Assembly: GCA_038087875.1 (NCBI GenBank)
Contig: CM075993.1
Location: 11,038,001-11,102,000 of the forward strand
Source of the DNA: Malacoraja senta
Taxonomy: Eukaryota
Reading direction: 5' to 3'
Length of the DNA stretch: 64,000 nt
Shown: in pieces, positions 45,683 to 59,595 of the stretch
Layout: every line of letters begins with the position of its first letter
Position numbering within the stretch: position 1 is the stretch's first letter
Notes under the pieces: model-generated
What the model saw: the letters and a program-made list of their open reading frames with translations, nothing else
Database searches by the model: none
Told to the model about the DNA's origin: nothing
Translations under genes and position numbers: made by a program

Positions 45683-46229
45683 GCCCTGTTGTGGAGGCTT
45701 TGGAAGGGGCTCAAAGGAAGTTTATTAGAATGCTGCCTGGATTAGAGGGTAATAATTCTAAGGGGAAGATGGACAATATTGGATTGCTTTCTCTGGAGTT
45801 TTACAGGCTAAGGGCAGACATGTAAAGATATGGGAGGCTTGGATAGGATAGAACATGTCAAATACTAGAGTGCATAGCTTTAAGAAGATGCAAGGAACTC
45901 AGCAGGTCAGGCAGCATCTCTGGAGAACATGGATAGGCGATGTTTTGGGTTGGGACCCTTCTTCACACTGGCTTTAAGATGAGATGGGCAATGTTTAAAG
46001 GAGATGTGCGGGCAAGTTTGTGGACATGGATGGTGGTGAGTGCCTGGAATGTGCTTCTAGGGGTGGTGGTGGAGGCAGATACGATAGTGGCGTTTAGGAG
46101 GCATTTAGATGGGTATGTGTCCATGCAGGAAATGGATCATGCAGGCAGATGAGATTCATGTATTGGCATTATATATACAGCACGATCATTGTGGGCTGAA
46201 GGGCCTGTTCGTGTGCTGTACCTTTCCAT

Positions 46230-46580
46230 AGAGCCATAGAGTGATACAGTGTGGAAACAGGCTCTTCGGCCAACTTGCCCACACCGGCCAACACTGGTCC
46301 CACCTGCCTGCGCTTGGTCCATATCCCTCCAAACCTGTCCTATCCATATACCTGCCTAACTGTTTCTTAAACGTTGGGATAGTCCCAGCCTCAACTACCT
46401 CCTCTGGCAGCTTGTTCCATGCACCCACCACCCTCTGTGTGAAAAAGTTACCCCTCCGATTCCTATTAAATCTTTTCCCCTTCACCTTAAACCTATGTCC
46501 CCTGGTCCTCGATTCCCCTATTCCGGTCAAGAGACTCTACCCGATCTATTCCTCTCATGATTTTATACACTATATAAGAT
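46230..46580 (-). mobile_element. CR1 LINE 3' end
   Basis: GESRTRGHRFKVKGKRFNRN..FFTQRVVGAWNKLP; related copy at 63392-63712. Confidence 0.85.
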
Positions 46581-48064
46581 TCCATGTTCTTTATTTCAGA
46601 CTGAATCAAATATAATATTGATAGAATCTTCTACCAATTGTCAGTCATCTTATACTCCCCTTAACTATCAGACTTAATTGACCAATTCTCATTACACTAT
46701 GATGGATCTAAATTAGCCCCTTGCCTTGCGGGTTTCTCTCCACACTGGCTGAGAGACTATCGTGTACACACTGCATGAATTCCTCCTCCACATTATTCCT
46801 GCCCCATTGCTTTCCATGTCTTGGTTTAGATTTAAGTGCCTCTTGATGATATTATTGCCCCTGTTTTACAAGCCCGTCTAATTCCCTGATTTACACCCTG
46901 TCTTGTATCACCACTGCTCTTTGGATATCTATCAGCGATCCATACTGACGATTCCTGCCTCTGCCAGTACCAAACCAATTCTGATTATTGATTTTTGAAT
47001 TATCCCCCTGCTGCTTCTATCCCCTTCTTCGAGTTGAGTTGTGTTTAGTTTTTTTGATTTTAGTGGAGAGATACAGCGCGGCAACAGGCCCTTCCCTTCG
47101 GCCCACCGAGTCCGCACCGGCCAGCAATCTCCGCACATTAACACTACCCTACTGGAGATCATTTTACATTTATACCAAGCCAATTAACCTACAAACCTGT
47201 ACGTCTTTGGAGTGTGGGCGGACACCGAATATCTCGAAGGAAACCCAGCAGATTTGCAACTTTAGACTCCAGAGACCTGGGTTTGATCCTGACTACGTGT
47301 GCTGTCTGTACGGAGTTTGTACGTTCTCCCCGTGACCTCGTGGGTTTTCTCTGGGTGCTCCAGTTTCCTCCCACACTCGAACGATGTACAGATTTGGCTT
47401 TGGTAAAACCAGTAAATTGTCCCTAGTGTGCAGGATAGCGCTAGTGTGCGGGGTTGCTGGTCGGGGCGGACACGATGGGCCGAACGGCCTGTTTCCGCAT
47501 TGTATCTCTAAACTAAACTAAATTATTTATAAAGTTCCCTCTCTGCCCTTAGCAATGTCTGCATTCAGTGGATGTCCTGCTCTGAATGAAAGCACATTGA
47601 CTCACTACAGAGTCAACTTGTTCCCCTCTTATTCCCCGCTAACATCAAGTTACAGGGGAATTAAGTTAACCAATTAACGTGGATTGGAGGTGACTTCTTT
47701 AATGCTCTTCATCACTTGGTTAACACTGCAAACAAAACTTGCAAGGTTAGAAGTATAGACCAATAAAAGTAAATTAAACAAGTGATGTTTTGAAGTGAGA
47801 GGGAGGGAACTGCAGATGCTGGTTTACACCGAAGATGGACACAAAGTGCTTGAGTAACTCAGCGGGTCAGAAGGAAGACTGGAGAGAAGAAATGGGTGAT
47901 GTTTTGGGTCGAGATCCTCTTTCTGAGATTCTGCCTGCCCCGCTGAGTTACTCCAGCATTTGGGGTCAAGATTCATAGTGTCATCACTCTTACTGCCTCT
48001 CTGTGGACCATGATGGAGTGATGCAACAGTGCAGCACATCTGGACAATCGCCACTCCTGCAGTG

Positions 48065-48650
48065 ACAATAGACAATAGACAATAGGTGCAGGAGTAGGCC
48101 ATTCGGTCCTTCAAGCCAGCACTGCCATTCACTGTAATCATGGCTGATCATCCCCAATCAGTACCCCGTTCCTGCCTTCTCCCTATATCCCCTGACTCAG
48201 CTATTTTTAAGCCCTATCTAGCTCTCTCTTGAAAGCATCCAGAGAACCTGCCTCCACCGCCCTCTGAGGCAGAGAATTCCACAGACTCACCACTCTCTGT
48301 GAGAAAAAGTGTTTCCTCGTCTCCGTTCTAAATGGCTTACTCCTTATTCTTAAACTGTGGCCCCCTGGTTCTGGACTCCCCCAACATCGGGAACATGTTT
48401 CCTGCCTCTAGCGTGTCCAAGCCCTTAACAATCTCTATATGTCAATGAGATTCCCTCTCATCCTTCTAAACTCCAGAGTGTACAAGCCCAGCTGCTCCAT
48501 TCTCTCAGCATATGACAGTCCCGCCATCCTGGGAATTAACCTTGTAAACCTACGCTGCGCTCCCTCAATAGCAAGAATGTCCTTCCTCAAATTAGGGGAC
48601 CAAAACTGCACACAATACTCCAGGTGTGGTCTCACTAGGGCTCTGTACAG
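48065..48650 (-). mobile_element. CR1 LINE 3' end
   Basis: LYRALVRPHLEYCVQFWSP..; (CTATTGT)n tail. Confidence 0.9.
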
Positions 48651-50099
48651 TCTGCTGCCCTGCAACTGTGCCGCATTACCTTGCCCGAGCCGGCTGCCTG
48701 TCCCTTTTCCGGGATTACGTCCACGCCCGGGCGGTGCTAGACAGGGACTACGCTCTGTCCACGGGCACCCTGGGAGATTTCCGGGATCGCTGGGCACCGC
48801 GGGGGGTGGAATGTAACATTAATTAGGATGGAGTCACTCCAGCTTTTCGTGTCCATCTTCGGTTTAAAGCAGCATGTGCAGTTCCTTCCTACACATATAC
48901 AGTAGTTGTATAATAGTTTATTTAGTACATGCGTTTGACTTGTATTATATCGTACTGCACATTATTATTGTAAATAATTGGTTACATTATTTTTGGTTAA
49001 AACAAACAAAATAGTGCAGCATTCACTCAGTACTGTGAGCGAGCGTGCATTACCCCTCCTCCACTGCATGCTGCAGCTTACTGCCCTGCAACAGTGCAAC
49101 ACACAGCAGTACTGCCCCCCCTTTAAAAAAATGTTTGAACAAAAATTAACGTAATCAATTATTGCAATATTATACTGTACACAATACATAAACAAACAAA
49201 CCCACCATCATATTACAAATTCAAATAATTATCTGAACTAATATTCTTAAATGTTACACTCTTATACAACTATATTACAATCCTTGTCAAGGGTGCGTAC
49301 CACCCCCCGCGGTGCCCAGCGGTCCCGGAAATCCCCCAGGGCGCCCGCGGACAGCGCGGAGTCCCTCTCTAGTACCACCCGGGCACGGACGTAGCCCCGG
49401 AAAAGGGCAGGCAGCCGGCTCGGGCAGAGCCCTCTTTCGCCTGGCTTGGCCGGGCCCAGGAGCAACACAAACCAGGACATCCTCGGCTCTACCCTCTCCC
49501 CTACGCACAGGGTGTCCAAAGATGAGGTTGGTGGGTGTGAAGTGCAGCCAGAAGGCAAGGGAGCCGCACACAGAAGTATTGTCTCTCTGACAGTGCAGCA
49601 CCCTTAGAGTATTACTCCATCCAACAGAGCGGCGATTCCTCAGTCTTGGTCCTCCAGCAGTGCATATCCTCTCAGGACTGTCCCTGTAAAGAAAAAGTAC
49701 TTCCTCAGCCTTAGGTTAAACTGCATGTAATCCACTGTGACCTTTAGACTTTACTCTCAGACCTTAGAGATACAGCGCGGAAACAGGCCCTTTGGCCCAC
49801 TGAGTCTGGGGCCGACCAGTGGGCCAAACACCATCCTACACACACTAGGGACAATTTACAATTTTAACCAAGCCAATTACCTTGCAGGCCTGCACGTCTT
49901 TGGATTGTGGGATGGAACCGGAGCACCCGGAGAAACTCCGTACAGACAGCATCCGAAGTCTGGATCGAACTGGGTCTCTGGCGCTGTAAGGCAGCAACTC
50001 TACCATTGCACCACCCCTTCGGCCCACCGAGTCCCTGCCGACCACCGATCACCCCGTACATTAACACCGCCCTACACACACTAGGGACAATTTACAATT

Positions 50100-50712
50100 A
50101 AAAAAAATATCTATTTTTTATTTTTTATTTTATTAGAAGCAATTGTACAAAGATAAAAACGTTCGGCATCTACAATTATACAATTATTGTACAGCTTCAT
50201 TTTTAACCTTATAACCTAAATTGAAAAAAAATGGAAAAAAGGAAAGAAAGGGAAAGCAAGAAAAGAAGAAAGGAAAAAGTGAAAGAATAGAATAGAAAAG
50301 AACGAAAAAAAGTCCCCTAAGCTACCAAAGCAGTGCAGCAGAGAGAAAGAGACATAAGAAATGATGGAGATTTACCTTGCCCCGTCCCCCCCACCCTCCT
50401 CACCCAACGTAGCATCGGATTTAAATTTAAATTTGTGTTTCACCATTCTGTTGTTGTAAGAATTCAGTAATTCATGTCTTAAGAAATTGATCTGGTTTTT
50501 CCACCAAGACAAGTCTAATGTTTTCCAAGTGTAGTGTCTCGGACATATCTGTAATCCACATCTTCACTGTGGGGACTGTTGTCTGTTTCCAAAATTTAAG
50601 TATTAATTTTTTCGCCATTATTAGGCCGTAATTGAGGAAACGTCTTTGAAATATCGTTAGCTTAGAACAGGCCTCTGACATACCTAATATGATCAGTTTT
50701 ATATCTGGGTCC
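50100..50712 (-). mobile_element. L1-clade LINE 3' end inserted in a SINE
   Basis: IILG..AKKLILKFWK..PTVKMW..LHLENIR ORF2 C-terminus; A-rich tail; TSD ACAATTTACAATT (50087-50099, 50713-50725). Confidence 0.8.
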
Positions 50713-53362
50713 ACAATTTACAATTTTAACCAAGCCCCTTACCTTGCAGGCCTGCACGTCTTTGGAGTGTGGGAGGAAACCAGAGCACCAGGAGAAAACC
50801 CACGCAGGTCACGGGAGAACGTAGAAACTCCGTGCAGACACCACCCGCAGTCAGGATCGAAACCGGGACTCTGGCGCTGTGAGGCAGCAACTCTACCGCT
50901 GCGCCACCGTGCCACTGCCAGGGAGAAGGAACGAGAGGTTTGGATTCAGTACTGACTTACTGATGGAAGACAGTGAAGGAGTTTGTCAAAGTATACAGTG
51001 CGGTGCAGTTCAGTGTAAGAAATGGGCGAAGGCATGGCAGATGGCGTTTAAACTGAGCAAGTGCGTAGGAAAGAACTGCAGATGCTGGTTTAAACAGAAG
51101 ATAGACACAAAATGCTAGGGTAACTCAGCAGGGCAGGCAGCATCTCTGCAGAGAAGGTGACGTTTCTGGTCGAGACCCTTTGGGTCTTGACCCGAAACGT
51201 CACCCATTCCTTCTGTTGAACTGAGCAAGTGTGAGGTGTTGCACTTTGAGACGTCGAATGTAACACAATGCACAATGCCTTCAACAGCATTGTCGTACAG
51301 AAGGATCTTGGGGTCCGAGTCCACATCTCGCTGGATGTGGCAACAGAAGTAGATAGCGTGGTAAAGGCAGCAAATGGTATCGTTGGCTGCGGCATTGAGT
51401 TCCAGAGTCAGGAAGTCATGACGCAGCTCTATAGGACGTTGGTGAGGCCGCCTTTGAGAGTATTTTTTGAGAGAACTTTGTTTTGCCTTCCATCACAGTG
51501 AGGAATGTGGAGGAGTCACTGTGGTGGATGTTTATGTTAAAATGTGTTTTGTGTGTTCTGTTGCTTTTTATTGGTATGACTGTAGGGCAAATCTAATTCC
51601 TCGTATGCTGCAAAACATACTTGGCTAATAAAGTACGATTATGATTAATATGATTATGATTACATGCAGTTCTGGTTGCTGCAGTACGGAAGGATGTGGA
51701 GGCTTTGGACAGGCTGCAGAAGATGTTTACCAGTACAATGCCTGGATCGGAAGGTATTAGCTACAAGGGGAGGTTGGATAAACATGGAGAGTTTTCTCTG
51801 GGGTATCACAGAGTGAGGGGAGCCCTGATAGAAGTCTACATGGCAGGCAAAGCTGGGGCCATGCGAGTGCCCAAGGCTACACTAACTTGCAGAAAGTGAG
51901 AGGAGTTGAAAGAGGTTGTTGAGGGTGAGGACAAGTTCTGCCATTGTCCAGGGAAGTAGGAGGCGTCCGAGAGCTGGCGCCTGGCCAGTCTGAAGAAGGA
52001 TTCCGAATCGAAACGTCACCTATTCCTTTTCCCCAGAGATGCTGCCTGACCAGCTGAGTTACTCCAGCTTTTTGTGCCTATCTCCAGTTTAAACCAGTAT
52101 CTGCAGTTCCGTCCTCACATGTTCTTCGCTCAGTCCGCCTGTGTCTATCTTCATGGCCCCGCAATATTGACCACACTCTCCAGACTGCTTTGCCAACAGT
52201 GCGGCATCCTCCCCACCCCATGTAAAATAAAGACAGAAAACACTGCGTACATCAGCATGTGTGGAAGCAGAAAGAGGATCAGTGTTGTGAGTGGCAGATT
52301 CTTCATCATCACAGTGAGGAAGGATTGAAAGTGCCGGAGTGATTCCACTCCCACCAAGCAGTGGGCCGGGACACTCCAGCCAAGCAGGCCCAGCTTGCCC
52401 ACCACGTACTCCCAATCAGGCGAGACCCTTCTTAAGACTGATCTGTAGTCTTTGCTATACTTTGAGAGACTACATTGAGTGCCGCAGTAATGCTGACATC
52501 AAGGAGCATTAATGAATGATTCATTGTAGTCACTTGGAAGGTCCTTGGGTACGGTGAAATGTTTTGTTTTGCCTCCAACCTAGACAGTAAACAAGTGTTG
52601 CCACGTGTTGGCACCGACAGAGTTACAAAAGTATAGAATGGTCCAATCTAATGCCTGCAGCCCCCCCCCCATCCACCCTCCGCTCACCCCCCAGTTCCCC
52701 CTTTGTTCTCTGCGTCCCCCCCCCCCCCCACGCCGGGTCCCCCCATTGTTCGCTCCATTGCAAGAAGGATGTGCCGGCTTTGGAGGGGACACAAAAGAGG
52801 ATGCTGCCAGGATTAGAGGGGATAAACGATAAGGAGACTTTGGACAAACTTGGCTTGTTTTCGCCGGAGCTTCGGAAGCTGAGGGAAGGCATGATAGAAT
52901 GATATAAAATGATCAGAGGCATAGATAGGGTAGACCGTCTTCTCCCCAGGATGGAAATGTCAAACCCTAGAGGGCACAGCTAGAAGGTGAGATGGAGAAT
53001 TTTTAAAACAGGTGTGTGGGGCGTATTATTTTACACAGAGAGCGGTGGGTGCCTGGAACGTGCTGCCCGGGATGGTGGTGGAGGCAGTTAGATTAGTGGC
53101 GTTTATGATGGCTTTAGACAAGCGCGTGGATATGCAGGGAATGGAGCGATATGATTCATGAATCATTTAGTTTCATGTTCCATGCATCTTGTTGTGTTTT
53201 ATCACTGTTGGCAGATTAATTTCCCTCCTGGGATAAATAACGTTCTATCGTGTCGTATCGTATCGTATCGTATCGAATGTGCAGGCAGAGGGGATTAGTC
53301 TAAGTTGACATCATGTTCGGCACAGGGCCTGGTCTTGCACTCTACTGTTCTATGCTCTCAGG

Positions 53363-53720
53363 CAGGGGCCTCCAAACTTTTCAGCATGAGAGCCACATTA
53401 TATATTTGGCACATTTTGTGGTACGTACACACACACTCACACATACTCACACTCACCCACCCATCCACCCACACACCCACACACACACCCACACACACAC
53501 CCACACACTCACCTGCCCACCCACCCACTCGCACCCACACACATAAACACACACACACCTACCCACCCACACACACACCCACACACCCACACACACACCC
53601 ACACACTCACCTGCCCACCCACCCACTCACACCCACACACATAAACACACACACACCCACACACCCACACACACACCCACACACTCACCTGCCCACCCAC
53701 CCACTCACACCCACACACAT

Positions 53721-53800
<80 letters not shown>

Positions 53801-53903
53801 CCTCCCACCCACACCCATACAACCACACACCCACACACCCACACACCCACACACACTCACCCACCCACCCACCCACACACACACACACACACCCCCACAC
53901 ACC

Positions 53904-53938
<35 letters not shown>

Positions 53939-54007
53939 ACACACACCCACGCACACACACACACACACGCCCACACACGCCCGCCGGCCATAGTTTGGAG
54001 ACCCCTG
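53363..54007. mobile_element. hAT (Charlie-like) MITE containing a CA-rich expansion
   Basis: TIR CAGGGG(C/T)CTCCAAACT; 8-bp TSD CTCTCAGG / CTCTAAGG. Confidence 0.85.
53426..53980. repeat. Compound (CA)n / (CACC)n microsatellite
   Basis: Directly visible; pure CA run at about 53723-53796. Confidence 0.95.
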
Positions 54008-54828
54008 CTCTAAGGATATCAAATTGAAAGAAAGGAATGCAGTGTTGTGAAGGAAGTTTAGAGAATTGAGAACATATCCAGCAAAGGAAGATCAACTGAA
54101 AGAGGAAGAAATTGGATTGAGAGAACAAAGGCAGAATCTATAAAACGAAGCAGGAAATATATGAAAGAGCATATCAAAAGGAAGATATCAGCTGAGGTAA
54201 ACACTGAAGTAAAGGGCCGAATGGCCTACTCCTGCACCTATTGTCTATTGTCTATTGTCTATGTCTATTGTCTATTGACTATTGACCTCTCAATATCTGA
54301 GACGAGGGAATTAAAGATGGGAACTAAGGAAGTGGAAGGAAATTTGAATGAACATTTCGTAGCTGTTACTCCGATTGATTACATCAAGGTATCAAAAATG
54401 TTTTTGTAGTGTGGGAGGAAGCTGAGCGCCCGGAGAAAACCCACGCAGTCACAGTGAAAATGTGCAAACTCCACACCGCCAGCATCTGTAGTCAGGATCG
54501 AACCCGGGTCTCCAGCGCTGTGAGGCAGCAACTCTACCGCTGCACCACCGTGCCGCACAGATCCTGGAAAATTGGTGCAGGAAACTGGGAGCAGCTCCGT
54601 TGTCAAGTCCCTCATTGGGAAAAGGCTGTAATCTATTATTTAATAAGTAGAAACAGAGGATTTGAACAATCATAATATGATTAGCTGCAGGCTATTTGTT
54701 TTTATTTTATGGAAGGGAAATCATTTTTGACAAACTGATTCATGATCTTTAAGGATGTAATGAGAGGGGGATTAATGTGAATCTTTTGATGTAATTGGAT
54801 TTGCTGAAGGCATTCCATGGGGTAAAAC

Positions 54829-55747
54829 CAGGGGCGGAAATCCCGGGGGGGCCAAGGGGGACATGTCCCCCCTCCCCCTGTTTAGAGAGGTGGGGGACGA
54901 TCCCCCCCATTTTTTGTAATCCGGATTTTAAAACCCGGTGAAATCTCCGCTTTCCACGAGACAGTGGGGGGTGGGACTGCTGCTCAAGGGCGCTGATTGG
55001 GCCAGAGAGACGTCGGTCGGTAGGCAGTGGGGTGGGACATGAAGATTCAGTGCGATGATTGGAGGAGGGAGGTGTCGGTCAGAGGCGGAAGTAGGGGGGG
55101 GGGTGGGACTGAGGATAGAGCGCGGTGATTGGAGCAGGGAGACGTGCCCAGGTCATAGGTCACAAGTGAAAAACACTCTCGGCAGCCCTGGACACAGACC
55201 TGCGCCTCATCCGTAACCAGGATCGATCCCGGGTCACCGGCGCTGCAATTGCTACCGATCTGCCACTGGATCATCCCCGTCCCCACCCGAGTGCCCCCAT
55301 CATCCCCCCCCCCAAGCCCGGGGGTGGCCAGAGACGTCGGGAGTCAGACGAGAATGGTGGCCCCAGGCACACAGTCAGCGCAGAGAAGCAGTGGTAAATG
55401 CAGCTCAACTCTGTCCGTCCTGCCAGGTTAACCTACAGCCCTGCCTGGACTTACGGGAAATATGGAACAGGCTTACAGCCAGCGCGGAGAAGCAGTGCTA
55501 ACTCCACAGCTCCGGACTGGTGTCCTGTCAGTCCAGGCAGGGCTGTAGGTTAATCCAGCGAGACAGGCAGAGTTGAGCTGCATTTAGTGCTGGATTGAGC
55601 TGGAATTACCGTTCACTGGGCCCACGGCTGAAGCCTCCGAAGCCTCGTGTGTGTGTGCGAGTGTGCGCATGCGCGCGCGGCCGCCAAGAAATTGTGTCCC
55701 CCCTGTCCCCCGGTCCCCCCATATTTTGATAGTGATTTCCGTGCCTG
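54829..55747. mobile_element. Non-autonomous hAT-like DNA transposon
   Basis: TIR CAGGGGCGGAAATC / CAGGCACGGAAATC; flanks GGTAAAAC and (G)GCAAAAC; GGGGACA/TGTCCCC subterminal motifs. Confidence 0.7.
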
Positions 55748-56519
55748 GCAAAACGTTGGACGGTCTTGGGGGTACACACATGGCCCAAAGAACAGGAGAC
55801 GGGTGGAATGAGAGCACGGATTCTAGCAACTCCCAAATATCCAGTGACGTGAATGAATTGGCAGCACAAGTAGATGGAGTGTTAAAGCAGGCGTTTGCTA
55901 TGTTTGAATTCATCAGTCGGGGCATCGAGTGTAAGAGTCAGGAAGTCATGATGCAGCTCTACTGTATAAGACTTTGGTTAGGTTGCAATTGGAGTATTGC
56001 GTTCAGTTCTGGTCGCCCCCATTACAGGATGGATGTGGGGGCTTTGGTGCAGAGGAGGTTTACCAGACTGCTGCCTGGATTAGAGGGTATTAACAGCAAG
56101 GACAGGTTAGGCAGACTTGGATTCTTTTCTTTGGAGCGTGGGAGATCGAGGGGAGTCCTGATAGAAGTATATACATTTAGAAGATGCACAGATTAGGATA
56201 GATAGTCAGAACATTTTTTCCCAGGGTGGAAATATCAAAGAGCAGAGGCCAGAGAGTTGAGGGCAATGTATTAGCACGGACAGCGAATCAACTAACTAAC
56301 AGAAAGCAGAGGCACAATGAATGGGTCATTTTCAGAACTAAACTGAACTAGGAGGCTCCGCTTTCCTCCCACACTCCAATGATGTACAGGTTTGTAGATT
56401 AATTGGCTTTGGCAAAGATTGCAAATTGTCCCTAGTGTGTGTAGGGTAGTGCTTGTGTATGGGGATCGCAGGTCAGCACGGACTCAATGGGCTGAAGGGC
56501 CTGTTTCCATACTGTATCT

Positions 56520-56735
56520 CTAAACTAAACGGAACCAAACTAAACTAAACTAAACATAACTAAATTTAACTTACCTTAACTTAACTTAACTTAACTTAAC
56601 TTAATTAAACTAAACTAAACTAAACTGAACTAATCTGAACTAAACTAAACTAAACTGAACTAATCTGAACTAAACTGAACTAAACTGAACTAAACTGAAC
56701 TAAACTGAACTAATCTGAACTAAACTAAACTAATC
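56520..56735 (+). repeat. Expanded pentamer SINE tail (TAAAC/TTAAC/TGAAC)n
   Basis: Directly visible after a SINE 3' end. Confidence 0.9.
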
Positions 56736-57861
56736 CCATTTTAATTCTCCACACACTCTCCAGTTTCACCACTACTCGCCTGCATCTGGGGCAACTTGCA
56801 GTGACAAATGAACCTGTCTACCAGCATGTCATTTGGGATGTGGGAGAAAACTGGAGCACCCCAAGGTAAACCCAGGCGGTCACAGGGACAAGATGTAAAC
56901 CTCACAACCAAGGTCAGCATGGCAGCCGGGTCTCTGGCGCGGTGAGGCAGTGACTCTACTGGCTGCACCACTGTGGATAACAGACGGGGAGGCATCAAGC
57001 AGGTGTGACAAGGGCAGAGTGAGGGTGTAAATGGCAAAGGAAACTCATCATGGATGTTTGTGAGGTGTTAGTTTCAGTGTCAAGCATATGAAGCCCAATA
57101 GAACCATAGGAACATAGACAATAGGTGCAGGAGTAGGCCATTCGGCCCTTTGAGCCAGCGCCACCATTCAATATGATCATAGCTGATCATCCTAAATTAG
57201 TACCCGTTCCTGCTTTCTCCCCATAACCCTTGATTCCGTTAGCCCTAAGAGTTATATCTCTCTCTTGAATACATCTTGAATATATAAAATTACGCGAGGC
57301 ATAGATAGGGTAGACAGTCAGAACCTTTTTCCCATGGGGAGGGCAGAGAGAAACATAGAAAATAGGTGCAGGAGGAGGCCATTCGGCCCTTCGAGCCAGC
57401 ACCGCCATTCATTGAGATCATGGCTGATCGTCCCCAATCAATAACCCGTGCCTGCCTTCTCCCCATATCCCTTGATTCCACTAGCCCCTAGAGCTCTATC
57501 TAACTCAACGAGGGCATATCTATAGGGCGAGAGGGAGAAAGTTTAATGGAGATGTATTTTTTACACAGAGAGTGGTGGGGGCCTGGAACGCATTGCCAGG
57601 GGTGGGGTGGTGGAGGCAGATACGATAGTGGTGTTTAAGATGCATATAGACAGATAGTGGAGTTTATGAGGCTATTGGATAGGCACATGGACGTGCAGGG
57701 AATGGAGGGATATGGACCATGTACAGGCAGATGAGATCAGTTTAACTTGGCATCATGTTCGGCACAACCATTGTGGGCCGAAGGGCCTGTTCCTGTGCTG
57801 TACTGTTCTATGTTCTATGTACTCCTTGTAAAATAAATGTCTATATGAGGATGCGTGTGGG

Positions 57862-58337
57862 AATCCGCTGGTACAGATTGATATATCACTAAAAGCAACG
57901 TGTTAAAAAGGCCACATCAACGCCAGTGGGTTGCTGCGATTCATTTCCCGATGGAAAGATTTGGAAAGCAGTGAGGATAAGGGGGAGTGTGTAAGAAGGA
58001 ACTGCAGATGCTGGTTTAAACCGAAGTTAGACTCAAAAAGCTGGGGTAACTCAGCGGGACAGGCAGCGTCTCTGGAGAGAAGAAATGGGTGACGTTTCGG
58101 GTCGAGACCAATTCTTCACTGGTCTAGACCTGAAATGTCATTCCATTCCTTCTTCCAGCTTTTTGAGTCTAACTTCGGTTTAAACCAGCAACTGCAGTTC
58201 CTTCTTACCCACTCCCCCTTATCCTCACTGCTTTCCAAATCTTTCCATCGGGAAATGAATCGCAGCAACCCACTGCCGTTGATGTGGCCTTTTTAACACG
58301 TTGCTTTTAGTGATATATCAACCTGTACCAGCGGATT
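57862..58337. repeat. Long inverted repeat, 183-bp arms
   Basis: 57862-58044 is the reverse complement of 58155-58337 with about 4 mismatches by eye. Confidence 0.93.
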
Positions 58338-58398
58338 AGATGGGCCAAAGGGTCTGTTTCCACGCTGTATCTCTAAACTAAACTAAACTGAACGAAAA

Positions 58399-59141
58399 CC
58401 TCAAACCCCCGGTCCATGTCAACTCCCATCCCATAACCTCCACGAACTTATTTAAGTTTCTGGGCACCTATATCTGCAATAATCTAAAATGGCACATCAA
58501 TGCTGACCACATCATTAAGAAAGGACAACAACGCCTATACTTCCTCAGACAGCTCAAGAAGTTCAGAGTCCACAAACACCTCCTGGTACGCTTCTATCAA
58601 TCCATCATTGAAAGCATCATCACCTCCTCAATCACAGTCTGGTACGGAAACACTGACAGTCATTCACTACACAGAATACAGCGCATTGTCTCCAAGGCCT
58701 CTAGGATCATCAACTCTCCCCTCCCCTCAATCCATTCCATTTACCTCCAACGTACCTCAAAACGGGCAACAAAGATCATCTCGGACCCCTCCCATCCAGC
58801 AAACCACCTTTTCCAGTCTCTCCCTTCAGGGAGGCGCCTTAGGTCACTTGCTACAAAATCCACCCGTTTTAAAAACAGTTTCTTCCCCTCAGCAATAAGA
58901 ACACTTAATTCCCTCCAATAACTTTTTGACTTTGATGTATACAGTGTCTTGTCTATGGTTTTTGTCTGTTCTTTTGCACTATGTATTGTTGGTGAGATTT
59001 GTGATTTGTGATGTGCTTTATTATTATTGTTGTTAGTGTTAATGTGCTAAAGCAGTGTACCATCATGTACCGAACCCAATTACCACCAACCCTGGTCGTG
59101 TGGCAAATAAAGTTTCTATCTATCTATCTATCTATCTATCT
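58399..59141 (+). mobile_element. Rex1/Babar LINE 3' fragment (divergent family)
   Basis: ATG-less open frame FKFLGTYI..KKGQQRLYFLRQLKKF..SLPSGRRLRSL..RFKNSFFPSAIRTLN; AATAAA plus (CTAT)n tail. Confidence 0.82.
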
Positions 59142-59295
59142 AAACAAAAAAATCAATAAATGGATAACCCTAATACTAATGAAAAAATACAGGGCAGAGC
59201 TTTAAAGTGAGAGTGGAAGAGTTGAAAGGAGATGTGCAGGGCATGTATTTTACACAGAGGGTGGTGAGTATTTGGTACACGCTGCCAGAGGTGGT

Positions 59296-59595
59296 GGTTT
59301 AGTTTAGTTTAGAGATACAGACCCTTCGGCCCTCCGGGTCCGCGCCGACCAGCGATCCCCGCACATTAACACTTTCCTACACACACAATTTTTACATTTA
59401 CACCAAGCCAATCAATCTACAAACCTGTACGTCTTTGGAGTGTGGGAGGAAACCGAAGATCTCGGGGAAAACACACACAGGTCACGGGGAGAACGTGCAA
59501 ACTACGTACAGACAGCACCCGTAGTCAGGATCGAACCCTGGTCTCCGGCGCTGCATTCGCTGTAAGGCAACAACTCTACCGCTGCGCCACCGTGG
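59296..59595 (-). mobile_element. HE1-like V-SINE inserted in a CR1 remnant
   Basis: Reverse-complement SINE; CR1 sequence resumes at GATACGCTAGTGGCATTTAA. Confidence 0.8.

Noticed and set aside
52119..52579. Possible minus-strand exon
   Set aside because: No frame is open throughout, and the apparent donor and an internal segment derive from Penelope terminal sequence.
53305..54128. His/Thr-rich and Cys/Val-rich ORFs
   Set aside because: Translations of the CA microsatellite.
56520..56735. CRISPR-like or telomeric array
   Set aside because: Simple pentamer SINE tail with no spacers and no TTAGGG.
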